Shown here: piece by piece, positions 10,193 through 18,963 of the stretch | How the letters are laid out: every line of letters begins with the position of its first letter | How positions within the stretch are numbered: position 1 is the stretch's first letter | From: an uncultured Acidobacteriota bacterium | GTDB taxonomy: Bacteria > Acidobacteriota > Terriglobia > Terriglobales > Acidobacteriaceae | NCBI GenBank assembly: GCA_963849065.1 | Contig: CAWKFM010000003.1 | Location: forward strand, 44,292-108,291 | Direction of reading: 5' to 3' | Length of the DNA: 64,000 nucleotides | The notes under the pieces: model-generated | Seen by the model: the letters and a program-made list of their open reading frames with translations, nothing else | Database searches by the model: none | Told to the model about the DNA's origin: nothing | Program-made: the position numbers and the translations under genes

Positions 10193-10296
10193 TGCAGAGT
10201 CCGATTTGTCGAATGACTCGTCTGCCCTGACGTTACCAATGGGTAGGCCCATTCATTACCATCCCTGCTGCAAATGACATTCTGGGACTAGCCCTG

Positions 10297-10310
10297 GTGA
10301 CATAGAGTGT
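10297..10310 (+). promoter_or_regulatory. conserved 14-nt box GTGACATAGAGTGT upstream of sigma54 promoter 2 (candidate enhancer-binding-protein site)
   Basis: The same box (GTGACATAGATTGT) recurs at 11180..11193 upstream of promoter 3. Each lies about 115-135 nt upstream of its -24 element. Confidence 0.3.
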
Positions 10311-10422
10311 TAATTCCAGGGGCAGGACAGGAACGGCGGAAGCCCTGGAAAAACTCTGCACGGACACGCTAATCCTTTCCCATCAATGAATAAGACCCAT
10401 GGCGCACAACGCCTTGGAACAA

Positions 10423-10438
10423 TGGCACGGCGATTGCT
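10423..10438 (+). promoter_or_regulatory. sigma54 (-24/-12) promoter of pilin gene 2
   Basis: TGGCACGgcgaTTGCT, an exact match to TGGCACG-N4-TTGCW, 63 nt upstream of ATG 10500. Confidence 0.8.
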
Positions 10439-10499
10439 AAAGTCAATACGCATACCAAATTCAGCAGCATGCTGCTAGAGCATCACTGGAGACTATACA

Positions 10500-11000
10500 A
10501 TGCGTAAACAAAAGGGTTTCTCACTGATCGAGCTTTTGATCGTCGTCGCGATCATCCTCATCATCGCCGCCATCGCCATCCCCAACCTTCTGCGCTCGCG
10601 CATCGCCGCCAATGAAGCTTCCGCCGTGGGCTCGCTGCGCACCATCAACACCGCAGAGGTCACCTACGCCGCAACCTATCCGGCACAGGGCTTTGCCACC
10701 TCGCTGGGCGTCCTGGGCGGCAGCGGCACCACTGCCAGCTCCGCCACGGCCCTGCTGCTGGATAACGTTCTGGGCGCGGCTTCGCCTGGTGGGTCTTCGT
10801 CCTCGGCTACCAACGTGAAGAGCGGATACCAGTTCTACATCACCGCCAGCGGCTCGCAGCCGGTTCCGACCTACACCAGCAACGCCAACCCGGTCACCGT
10901 GCAGCAGACCGGCGTGCGCTTCTTCTACAGCGATGCCTCGGGCGTGATCCGTTACAACACCACGGCCACCGCCAGCTCGTCTGACAGCCCGCTGCAGTAG
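10500..11000 (+). CDS. prepilin-type pilin/pseudopilin, paralog 2
   Basis: The first ~200 nt are nearly identical to paralog 1, with the same signal/cleavage motif. Confidence 0.85.
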   Translation: MRKQKGFSLIELLIVVAIILIIAAIAIPNLLRSRIAANEASAVGSLRTINTAEVTYAATYPAQGFATSLGVLGGSGTTASSATALLLDNVLGAASPGGSSSSATNVKSGYQFYITASGSQPVPTYTSNANPVTVQQTGVRFFYSDASGVIRYNTTATASSSDSPLQ

Positions 11001-11071
11001 TAGCCCGGCAGCAGTCGCTGCCAGTAATTCAGCACCAGGCGAAGATTCCCGGGGGGGTTCAAGCCTGACGC

Positions 11072-11108
11072 AATGAGGCGCCACTCACAGTGGCGCCTCA
11101 TTGTTTTG
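11072..11108 (+). terminator. intrinsic terminator after pilin 2
   Basis: AATGAGGCGCCACT-cac-AGTGGCGCCTCATT followed by GTTTTG. Confidence 0.7.
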
Positions 11109-11179
11109 CCGGCACAACGGGGTTGCTGCCTGCGCTGCACGAAAGGCCAATGGTGGTTCATTACCAGCATCCTCCCCCA

Positions 11180-11193
11180 GTGACATAGATTGT
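11180..11193 (+). promoter_or_regulatory. second copy of the conserved box (GTGACATAGATTGT)
   Basis: See 10297..10310. Confidence 0.3.
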
Positions 11194-11327
11194 CCATCCC
11201 CAATAGCGCGCAACGTCACTTTCAGGGTTAAACACCTAGGCAGGGCTAGCTGATTAGAACCTGATTCTTGGCATAACTTGCTTATTATCAATGTATAGCA
11301 GGATGTCCAACTTACGCCCAGCATAAA

Positions 11328-11343
11328 TGGCACGGCGATTGCT
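11328..11343 (+). promoter_or_regulatory. sigma54 (-24/-12) promoter of pilin gene 3
   Basis: TGGCACGgcgaTTGCT, 61 nt upstream of ATG 11403. Confidence 0.8.
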
Positions 11344-11402
11344 TAATTCCAGGGTGCATCCTCAATTCAGCACACATGCACAAGGATCACCGGAGACCAG
11401 CT

Positions 11403-11894
11403 ATGCGTAAACAGAAGGGCTTCTCACTCATCGAGCTTCTCATCGTCGTGGCGATCATCCTCATCATCGCCGCCATCGCCATTCCGAACCTCCTGCGTTC
11501 GCGCATCGCTGCCAATGAAGCTTCGGCCGTCGGCTCGCTGCGCACCATCAACACCGCGGAAGTCACCTACGCCGCGACCTATCCGACACAGGGCTTTGCC
11601 ACTGACCTGGGCACGCTGGGCGGCACCGCCGCCACGGCCAGCTCGGCCTCCGCTCTGCTCCTGGATAACGTTCTGGGCGCCGTGGGCGGTGTTCCGGGGA
11701 CTCCCAACACCAAGAGCGGATACCAGTTCTACATCACCGCCAGCGGCTCGGCGCCGATCTCCTCCTACATGTCGAACGGCAATCCGGTCACCGTGCAGCA
11801 GACCGGCGTGCGCTACTTCTACAGCGATTCGTCGGGCGTGATCCGTTACAACACCACGGCCACCGCCAGCTCGTCTGACAGCCCGCTGCAGTAA
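11403..11894 (+). CDS. prepilin-type pilin/pseudopilin, paralog 3
   Basis: Same MRKQKGFSLIELLIVVAI start. The listed ORF starts at 11376, but ATG 11403 aligns with paralogs 1 and 2. Confidence 0.85.
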   Translation: MRKQKGFSLIELLIVVAIILIIAAIAIPNLLRSRIAANEASAVGSLRTINTAEVTYAATYPTQGFATDLGTLGGTAATASSASALLLDNVLGAVGGVPGTPNTKSGYQFYITASGSAPISSYMSNGNPVTVQQTGVRYFYSDSSGVIRYNTTATASSSDSPLQ

Positions 11895-11931
11895 GCGTTC
11901 AGAACTGCAGGACAATAGAGGTTTTCAAACC

Positions 11932-11963
11932 AAGGAGGAGCTCATGGCTCCTCCTTCTCTATT
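11932..11963 (+). terminator. hairpin/terminator after pilin 3
   Basis: AAGGAGGAGC-tcatg-GCTCCTCCTT. The downstream T-tract is weak. Confidence 0.5.
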
Positions 11964-12066
11964 GCACAACGCTGGATACACAACCAGGTTCCCCGCACTG
12001 ACGGGCCGATGAACTTTTGGTAAGCTGACGCTGTCGAAGCCCTCGACTATAATCAGACATAAGAGC

Positions 12067-13020
12067 ATGGCCGCAATCGAGATACAGGGACTGGAAAAGT
12101 CCTACAAGACCGGTTTCTTCAGAAATAAACTGAAGCAGGGCCTCAAGCCGCTGACCCTTTCCGTCGAAGAAGGCGAAGTCTTCGGCTGCCTGGGGCCCAA
12201 CGGAGCGGGCAAGACCACCACCCTGAAGCTTTTGCTGGGGCTGGTGTTTCCCACCGCAGGCACGGCCCGCATTCTGGACCGCCCGCTGGGCGATATCGGC
12301 GTCAAGCGCTCCATCGGCTTTCTCCCCGAACAACCCTATTTCTACGACCACCTGACCCCGCTGGAACTGCTGGACTATTACGCCCGCCTCAGCGGAGTGG
12401 ACCCCCGCGAGCGCAAGCGCAAGGTGGACACCGCCCTGGCGCGGGTAGGCATGAGCGATGCCGCCAAAACCCAGTTGCGCAAGTTTTCCAAGGGCATGCT
12501 GCAAAGGGTGGGCATTGCCCAGGCCATCGTGCATGACCCCAAGCTGGTCCTGCTCGACGAGCCTATGAGCGGCCTCGATCCCATTGGCCGCCGCGAGGTG
12601 CGCGACCTGGTGCAGCAGCTCAATGAAGAGGGCAAGACGATCTTTTTCTCCACCCACATTCTCAGCGATGCCGAAACCCTCTGCGACCGCGTGGCCGTGC
12701 TCAACAAGGGCGAGTTGAAGGGCGTCGGCGTGGTGGCCGACCTGCTGCGCGAGGTAAGCGGCAATGTGGAAGTGGTGTGCGGCGGAGCCCAGGCGATTCC
12801 CGCGCTCTCTGCCATGGGCGCGACCTGCCATGCCACCGGCGACGTGGTGCGCGCCCTGCTGCCCGAGCCTTCGCTGGAAACCGCCCTGGCCACGCTGCGC
12901 AAGACTCAGGCCCGCCTCATCAGCGTCACCCCGGTGCAGGCCACGCTGGAAGATTACTTCCTGGCGCGCATCGGCGATGAAAAGCCGGGAGACCAAAAGC
13001 CGCATGAGGTGCGAGCATGA
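12067..13020 (+). CDS. ABC transporter ATP-binding protein (ABC-2 type exporter)
   Basis: Walker A GPNGAGKTT, signature FSKGMLQR, Walker B LVLLDEP. Confidence 0.85.
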   Translation: MAAIEIQGLEKSYKTGFFRNKLKQGLKPLTLSVEEGEVFGCLGPNGAGKTTTLKLLLGLVFPTAGTARILDRPLGDIGVKRSIGFLPEQPYFYDHLTPLELLDYYARLSGVDPRERKRKVDTALARVGMSDAAKTQLRKFSKGMLQRVGIAQAIVHDPKLVLLDEPMSGLDPIGRREVRDLVQQLNEEGKTIFFSTHILSDAETLCDRVAVLNKGELKGVGVVADLLREVSGNVEVVCGGAQAIPALSAMGATCHATGDVVRALLPEPSLETALATLRKTQARLISVTPVQATLEDYFLARIGDEKPGDQKPHEVRA

Positions 13021-13796
13021 CCGGACGGCTCTGGGCAATTGCCTACAACACCTATCGCGAAGCGGTGCGCGACCGCGTGCTCTATAACCTGATTCTGTTC
13101 GCCCTGCTGATCGTGGGCTCGTCGGTTATCTTCGGCCAGATCTCCCTGGAGATCAACCGCATCGTCCTCATCAACCTCGGACTGACGGCAATCTCCCTGT
13201 TCGGCATCGTCATCGCCATCTTCATCGGCATCGGCCTAGTCTCCAAAGAGATCGAAAAAAAGACGCTCTACACCGTGCTGGCGGCGCGTCCGGTCCGGCG
13301 CTGGGAGTTCATCACCGGCAAGTTCCTGGGCTTGGTGATGACCCTCACGGTGAACGCCCTGCTGATGAGCGTGGGCTTCTTCGCCGCGCTGCTTTATGTC
13401 TCGCACCGGCTGGGCCGCGGCGATCTGCAACTGGTCACGGCGGTCTATTTCATCCTGCTGGAATTCGTGATGATCACCGCCCTGGCGCTGCTGTTCTCCA
13501 CCTTTTCCACCCCGGTGTTCTCCTCCATCTTCGCCTTCGCCATCTTCGCCATCGGCACCTTTGGCGACGATCTGCGCGGCCTTGCCCGCATGACCCAGGG
13601 CGTGACTCACTGGGTGATGACCGCGGCGGCCTACCTGGTGCCCAACTTCGCCGCGCTCAACGTCATCAGCCAGGTGGCCCATGACACCCCGGTGGAACCC
13701 AGGCTGATCCTGCTGAACACCCTGTACGTTCTGGCCTACACGGCGGCCGTGCTCACCGCCTCGGTCTGGATCTTCGAGCGGCGCAATCTGAAATGA
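13017..13796 (+). CDS. ABC-2 family transporter permease
   Basis: 259 aa with 6 hydrophobic segments. 4-nt start/stop overlap with the ATPase gene. Confidence 0.7.
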   Translation: MTGRLWAIAYNTYREAVRDRVLYNLILFALLIVGSSVIFGQISLEINRIVLINLGLTAISLFGIVIAIFIGIGLVSKEIEKKTLYTVLAARPVRRWEFITGKFLGLVMTLTVNALLMSVGFFAALLYVSHRLGRGDLQLVTAVYFILLEFVMITALALLFSTFSTPVFSSIFAFAIFAIGTFGDDLRGLARMTQGVTHWVMTAAAYLVPNFAALNVISQVAHDTPVEPRLILLNTLYVLAYTAAVLTASVWIFERRNLK

Positions 13797-14737
13797 CCAG
13801 GAATCTGCGCATGGGGACAAGTCTCGGGCTGCTGCTGGCGGCATTGCTGGCGGCCAGCGCGCTCCTGCTGCGCCAGGTCGACCGGGTACGCGATGACGAG
13901 CCGCTGCAGGAGGTCCTCTACATCCCTTCGCCCACCGTGGTCAAGCGCATGAGCCTTGGCTACTCCGGGCTGCTGGCAGACATCTACTGGACCCGGGTGG
14001 TGCAGTACTTCGGCACCAAGCACCGCGCCAAATCGAAGCAGTACCTCATCCTCAAGCCGTTGCTGCAGATGACCGCCGCATTGGATCCCAAGCTGCTTCC
14101 CACCTATCAGTTCGGCTCGGTTTTCCTCTCCCAGAAGCCGCCCGAGGGCGCCGGCGATCCCCAGGCCGCTGCCGCGCTGGTCGAGCAAGGCATCCGTGAG
14201 AATCCCCAGGCCTGGCGCCTGTACTACGATCTCGGCTACATCTACTGGCTGGAGATGAAGGACCCGCTCAAGGCCGCCGATGCCTTCGAGCGCGGCTCCA
14301 AAATTCCCGGCGCCCTGCCCTGGATGCGGGTGATGGCAGCGGCCCTGGAAGCCCATGCCGGCGAAACCGAGACCGCAACCTACATGTGGACCAACATCCT
14401 CAAGAGCACCGACGATCCCAACCTGCGCAAGAACGCCATCAACCGCCTGCGCTGCCTGCGCGTCGATAGCGACGTCCAGCGGCTGCAGGACGCGGTGGAC
14501 CAGTTCACCAAACAGACCGGACGGCTGCCCGCCAACTGGCAGGAGATGATCTCGGCCGGCTTGCTCTACGGCCTGCCGGTGGACCCGCGCGGCGACCTCT
14601 ACCGCCTGGTGAACGGCCGGGTGCAGGTGGCGCAGCCCGACTATTTCCCCTTCATCACCCGCGGTCTTCCTCCCGGCCAGGCGCCCGCAGCCCTGCCCGG
14701 CGAACCGGGTTACAAGGTTCCCAAACACCTGTTATGA
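13793..14737 (+). CDS. membrane-anchored helical-repeat (TPR-like) protein
   Basis: N-terminal TM/signal anchor followed by helical repeats. ATGA overlaps on both sides. Confidence 0.5.
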   Translation: MTRNLRMGTSLGLLLAALLAASALLLRQVDRVRDDEPLQEVLYIPSPTVVKRMSLGYSGLLADIYWTRVVQYFGTKHRAKSKQYLILKPLLQMTAALDPKLLPTYQFGSVFLSQKPPEGAGDPQAAAALVEQGIRENPQAWRLYYDLGYIYWLEMKDPLKAADAFERGSKIPGALPWMRVMAAALEAHAGETETATYMWTNILKSTDDPNLRKNAINRLRCLRVDSDVQRLQDAVDQFTKQTGRLPANWQEMISAGLLYGLPVDPRGDLYRLVNGRVQVAQPDYFPFITRGLPPGQAPAALPGEPGYKVPKHLL

Positions 14738-15405
14738 GAAAATATTTTACTGGAAGCTACCTGCTGCTGTGCTTCTGCACCTCCCTGCTCTGGGCCCAGC
14801 CAAACGGCATCACGGCCCGCGAGGCGGCAGAAAAAATCGATGCGCGCTATGACAGCATGAAATCCCTGCGCGCCGATTTCACGGAAAATTATTCTGGCGC
14901 GGGAATCCAGCGCAGCGAAAGCGGAACCCTGTGGCTGAAGAAGCCCGGCAACATGCGCTGGGACTACGCCGCGCCGCACCAGAAGATCTTCCTCATCGAC
15001 GGCAGTACCGCCTGGTTCTATGAGCCGGACGAGCGCCAGGCCCGTCACATGAAGGTGAAAAGTCTGGACGATCTGCGCTCCCCCCTGCGCTACCTGCTGG
15101 GCCGCACCCGCCTCCAGAAAGAGCTGCGCGGCCTCTCGCTCGCCGTGGACGTGGCGCCGGAGAAAGCCGGAGACGTGGTACTGCGCGGGATCCCCGTGGG
15201 CATGGAAGACCGTGTCTCCGAAGTCCTGCTGGAGAGCGACCCGCAGGGCTATCTGCGCCGCATCGTGATGGACGAGCTCGATGGCAGCAAAACCGAGTTC
15301 CGCCTGGACCACCAGCAGGAAAACGTCGCAATCCCCAACTCGGAGTTCCACTTCCAGCCGCCGCCCGGTGTGGAAGTCCTCGAAGGCGAACAGTTGGCAC
15401 CCTGA
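14734..15405 (+). CDS. LolA-like outer-membrane lipoprotein carrier protein
   Basis: Signal peptide. LWLKKPGNMRWDY...IFLIDGSTAWFYEPDERQ is typical of the LolA fold family. Confidence 0.7.
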   Translation: MRKYFTGSYLLLCFCTSLLWAQPNGITAREAAEKIDARYDSMKSLRADFTENYSGAGIQRSESGTLWLKKPGNMRWDYAAPHQKIFLIDGSTAWFYEPDERQARHMKVKSLDDLRSPLRYLLGRTRLQKELRGLSLAVDVAPEKAGDVVLRGIPVGMEDRVSEVLLESDPQGYLRRIVMDELDGSKTEFRLDHQQENVAIPNSEFHFQPPPGVEVLEGEQLAP

Positions 15406-15430
15406 CTGCCTTTGCTTTCGTCCCTGCAGT

Positions 15431-15457
15431 GTCATCCTGAGCAACGCGAAGGACCCT
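15431..15457. repeat. REP-like short palindromic element GTCATCCTGAGC-N-GCGAAGGACCC
   Basis: Intergenic. A related copy, GTCATTCCCAACAACGTGAGGAATCCC, lies at 25134..25160. Confidence 0.4.
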
Positions 15458-15516
15458 CCGCCGCCAAAATGTCCTCTCCCGTCCCAGGGTCATTTCGGCC
15501 ACCGCAATGCCCGCTC

Positions 15517-15837
15517 TCAGGACTTCGCTTTCTTCGCAGCTTTCGATTTTCCGGTACTGTTGAGGGCCGCCGCCTGCCGAACTAGTGCCTTGAACGCGGA
15601 CTCATCAACTTCTTCCCCTTCGTGGATGTCGATCGCCCGCCGTGTATTTCCCTCGAGACTCGAGTTGAACAGACGCCCCGGATCGGGCAGAAACGCGCCC
15701 TTGGCAAAGGTAAGCTTCACCACTTTCTTGTAGCATTCGCCCGTGCACAGAATGCCGTCATGCGACCAAACCGGCGTGCCCATCCACTTCCACTCCTCAA
15801 CCACGTCGGGGTCTGCTTCCCTGATGAGCCTGCGCAT
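15517..15837 (-). CDS. DUF1801 (YdhG-like) domain protein
   Basis: LIREADPDVVEEWKWMGTPVWSHDGILC...LTFAKGA pattern. Confidence 0.7.
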   Translation of the reverse strand: MRRLIREADPDVVEEWKWMGTPVWSHDGILCTGECYKKVVKLTFAKGAFLPDPGRLFNSSLEGNTRRAIDIHEGEEVDESAFKALVRQAAALNSTGKSKAAKKAKS

Positions 15838-16084
15838 TCTGCTCAGGGTTTCCCCGCGCCAGTCCCCCAGTTCGGCGATTCTTTTGGAGATAAGCTCCGA
15901 TGCCGATTGCCCTTGGCCCGCGCCCGTCTTATTCAGGTCCTGGTCCTATCTCCGCCACTGACGCTGGGAACTTCTGAGATTGGGATAAAAGTCGGCTTCT
16001 CTGGACTACAATCCCTGAGGGATCACAATGTTACACTGAAGCCCAGGGGCCGCGCGGTGCATTGGCCGTACGCGGAGGAGATGA

Positions 16085-17287
16085 ATGGCCGAATTCGTAA
16101 TTCGGGTTGCGGACGAGCGCGGCAAGGTGCAGGAAAAGGCCGAGTCGGGCTACTCCGCTGCGGAAATTCGAGACCGCTATCAGCAATCCGGCTATCTGGT
16201 GTACTGGGTCAAGCCGCGCGGGCTGCTCTCCGGCGGCGAAATCCGGCTGCGGCGGCGGCGCAAGGTCAAGCTGGAAGAGTTCGTCATCTTCAACCAGCAG
16301 TTCCTCACCCTGATTCGCGCCGGACTTCCCATTGTGCAGGCCCTGGACCTGCTGGCCAAACGCCAGCGCAACCAGTACTTCCGTATGCTGCTGGAAGATG
16401 TGCGAGACCGCACCAAGGGCGGAGACCTGATCTCCGACGCCTTCGACAAACAGGGCGCGTTTCCCAAGATCTACTCCACCACGCTGATGGCGGGCGAAAA
16501 GAGCGGCAACCTCGATGAGGTGCTCACCCGCTTCGTCTCCTTCCAGCGCCTGGGGCTCACCTTCCGCAAAAAGCTGATTGCTTCGCTGGTCTACCCGGTT
16601 CTCCTGGTGTGCGGCGTCATCGGCCTGGTGACGATGCTGGTCACCTTCGTCATTCCCAAATTTTCCGAGCTGTTTTCCGATCTGAACCAGAAGCTGCCGC
16701 CGCTCACCGAGTTCACCATCAGCACGGCAATGGCCCTGCGCCACTACCTGCCGCTGATTGTCATCGCCTCGGTTTCGATCTTCCTGGGCTTGAACCGCTG
16801 GTCCAAAACGCCGCAGGGCGCCGAGACCCTGGACCGCTTCAAGCTGAACCTCCCCGTGGTGGGCACCATCTGGCAGCGCTACCAGATCGCGGTATTCTCG
16901 CGTATGATGTCTACCCTGCTCGCTGGCGGCCTGCCGCTGGTCACCTCGCTGGAGACCGCGGGCCAGTCGATGTCCAGCCGCCTCATCGTCATGGGCATCG
17001 CCGAAGCCTCCAAGAGCGTGCGCGAGGGCCAAACGTTGGCGCAGAGCCTGGAGCAGACCGGGGTCTTCCCCGATCTGGCAGTGGAGATGGTCGAGGTCGG
17101 CGAAGCCACCGGCGCGCTGCCCACCATGCTAAGTTCGGTGGCGGAGTTTTACGAAGAAGACGTGCAGTCGGCACTGGCGGCGGCCATGTCGCTCATCGAG
17201 CCGGTCATTCTGGTGGTGATGGGCCTGGTGGTCGGCTTTATCCTGATCTCGCTCTACCTGCCGATCTTCAGCTTTACCGCCGCCTGA
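16085..17287 (+). CDS. pilC: type II secretion system F family / type IV pilus platform protein
   Basis: 400 aa with two GspF repeats and 3 TM segments (FNQQFLTLIRAGLPIVQAL; FSRMMSTLLAGGLPLVTSL). Confidence 0.85.
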   Translation: MAEFVIRVADERGKVQEKAESGYSAAEIRDRYQQSGYLVYWVKPRGLLSGGEIRLRRRRKVKLEEFVIFNQQFLTLIRAGLPIVQALDLLAKRQRNQYFRMLLEDVRDRTKGGDLISDAFDKQGAFPKIYSTTLMAGEKSGNLDEVLTRFVSFQRLGLTFRKKLIASLVYPVLLVCGVIGLVTMLVTFVIPKFSELFSDLNQKLPPLTEFTISTAMALRHYLPLIVIASVSIFLGLNRWSKTPQGAETLDRFKLNLPVVGTIWQRYQIAVFSRMMSTLLAGGLPLVTSLETAGQSMSSRLIVMGIAEASKSVREGQTLAQSLEQTGVFPDLAVEMVEVGEATGALPTMLSSVAEFYEEDVQSALAAAMSLIEPVILVVMGLVVGFILISLYLPIFSFTAA

Positions 17288-17325
17288 CACCGGCAGCCGC
17301 GCCCGCACCAGGCGCAACGAGGGTT

Positions 17326-18963
17326 ATGACACAAGAGCTTTTTGTAGGACCGGTTACCGACGCAAACGAGGAGCAACAACGGGCCCAGGAGTTGGCGCGC
17401 CGCTACCGCTGCGAGTACATCGAGCTGAAGGGCTTCAAGATTCACCACGAACTGTTCCGCAAGGTTCCGGTCGAGCTGATGTTCCGCTTCAACTTCATTC
17501 CGCTCGAGGAACTCGCCGACGGACGCCTCGCCATTGCCTTGCCCGATCCCAGCCAGTTGATGGTCATCGACGAGATCGGCCTGCTTCTCAACCGCCGCGT
17601 GGCGCCCCGCGTCGCCACCCTCACCGAGATCACCGACATCCTCAAGAAGACCGAGCAGTCGCAGCGCGTGCTCGACGAAGCCGGCGAAACCTTCACCCTC
17701 GACGTGGTGCATGACGACGACGCCAACGGCGAGGAAAATCTTTCCATCGAAAAGCTGACCCAGGAAGATGACACCAGCCCCATCATCAAGCTGGTCGGCT
17801 CCACCATCTTCTCCGCCCTGGAGCGGCGAGCCAGCGATATTCACATCGAAACCCGCGACGACTGCGTGGTCATCAAGTACCGCATCGACGGCGTCCTGCA
17901 GGAGGCGATGAAGCCCATCGGCAAGGAGCATCACTCCACCATCATCTCCCGCATCAAGGTCATGAGCGAGCTCGACATTGCCGAGCGCCGCGTGCCCCAG
18001 GACGGCCGCTTCCGCGTGCGCTACCGCGGACGCTTCATCGACTTCCGCGTCTCCATCATGCCCAGCATCCACGGCGAAGACGCCGTGCTGCGCGTGCTCG
18101 ACAAGGAGTCGATGAGCGAGCAGTTCCACAAGCTCACCCTCGACGTGGTCGGCTTCAGCGATTACGACCTCAAGAAGTTCCGCCAATATATCGCCGAACC
18201 CTACGGCATGGTGCTGGTCACCGGCCCCACCGGCTCGGGCAAAACCACTACTCTCTACGCCGCACTCAATGAGATCAAGTCCGACGAGGACAAGATCATC
18301 ACCATCGAGGACCCGGTCGAGTATCAGCTGCGCGGCATCACCCAGATTCCGGTGAACGAGAAAAAGGGCCTCACCTTTGCCCGCGGATTGCGCTCCATCC
18401 TCCGCCACGATCCGGATAAAATCATGGTCGGCGAAATCCGCGACCAGGAGACGGCGCAGATCGCCATCAACTCCGCGCTCACCGGCCACCTGGTCTTCAC
18501 CACCGTCCACGCCAACAACGTGGTGGACGTCATCGGACGCTTTTTGAACATCGGCGTCGAGCCTTACAATTTTGTCTCTTCGCTCAACTGCATCCTGGCC
18601 CAGCGGCTGGTGCGTCTCATCTGCCAGCACTGCAAGCAGGAGGTGCAATACAGCGACGAGCAATTGGAACTCGCCGGCTTGCGGCCCGAGGAGTGGCGCG
18701 GCGTGCCGTTCTACGAAGGCCCCGGTTGCATGGAGTGCGCCGGCACCGGCTTCCACGGACGCACCGCCATCCACGAACTGCTGGACTTGACCGATCACAT
18801 CCGGGAACTGATCCTGGAGCGGCGTCCCAGCTCCGAGATCCGCCGCGCGGCGCGCGACGAAGGCATGAACTTCCTGCGCGAGTCGGCGCTGGACAAGGTC
18901 CGCGCCGGAGTTTCCACGCTCAAGGAAGTCAACAAAGTCACCTTTATCGAGTCGACCCGCTGA
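17326..18963 (+). CDS. pilB: GspE/PilB family secretion ATPase
   Basis: T2SSE_N domain, Walker A GPTGSGKTT, Asp/His boxes, tetracysteine CQHC...CMEC. ATG 17326 is in frame within ORF 16609..18963. Confidence 0.9.
   Translation: MTQELFVGPVTDANEEQQRAQELARRYRCEYIELKGFKIHHELFRKVPVELMFRFNFIPLEELADGRLAIALPDPSQLMVIDEIGLLLNRRVAPRVATLTEITDILKKTEQSQRVLDEAGETFTLDVVHDDDANGEENLSIEKLTQEDDTSPIIKLVGSTIFSALERRASDIHIETRDDCVVIKYRIDGVLQEAMKPIGKEHHSTIISRIKVMSELDIAERRVPQDGRFRVRYRGRFIDFRVSIMPSIHGEDAVLRVLDKESMSEQFHKLTLDVVGFSDYDLKKFRQYIAEPYGMVLVTGPTGSGKTTTLYAALNEIKSDEDKIITIEDPVEYQLRGITQIPVNEKKGLTFARGLRSILRHDPDKIMVGEIRDQETAQIAINSALTGHLVFTTVHANNVVDVIGRFLNIGVEPYNFVSSLNCILAQRLVRLICQHCKQEVQYSDEQLELAGLRPEEWRGVPFYEGPGCMECAGTGFHGRTAIHELLDLTDHIRELILERRPSSEIRRAARDEGMNFLRESALDKVRAGVSTLKEVNKVTFIESTR

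Noticed and set aside
16609-17325. 239-aa N-terminal extension of the PilB ORF (ORF 16609..18963)
   Set aside because: It overlaps pilC in another frame and is Arg/Pro/Gly-rich nonsense. ATG 17326 just after the pilC stop gives a normal-length GspE/PilB.
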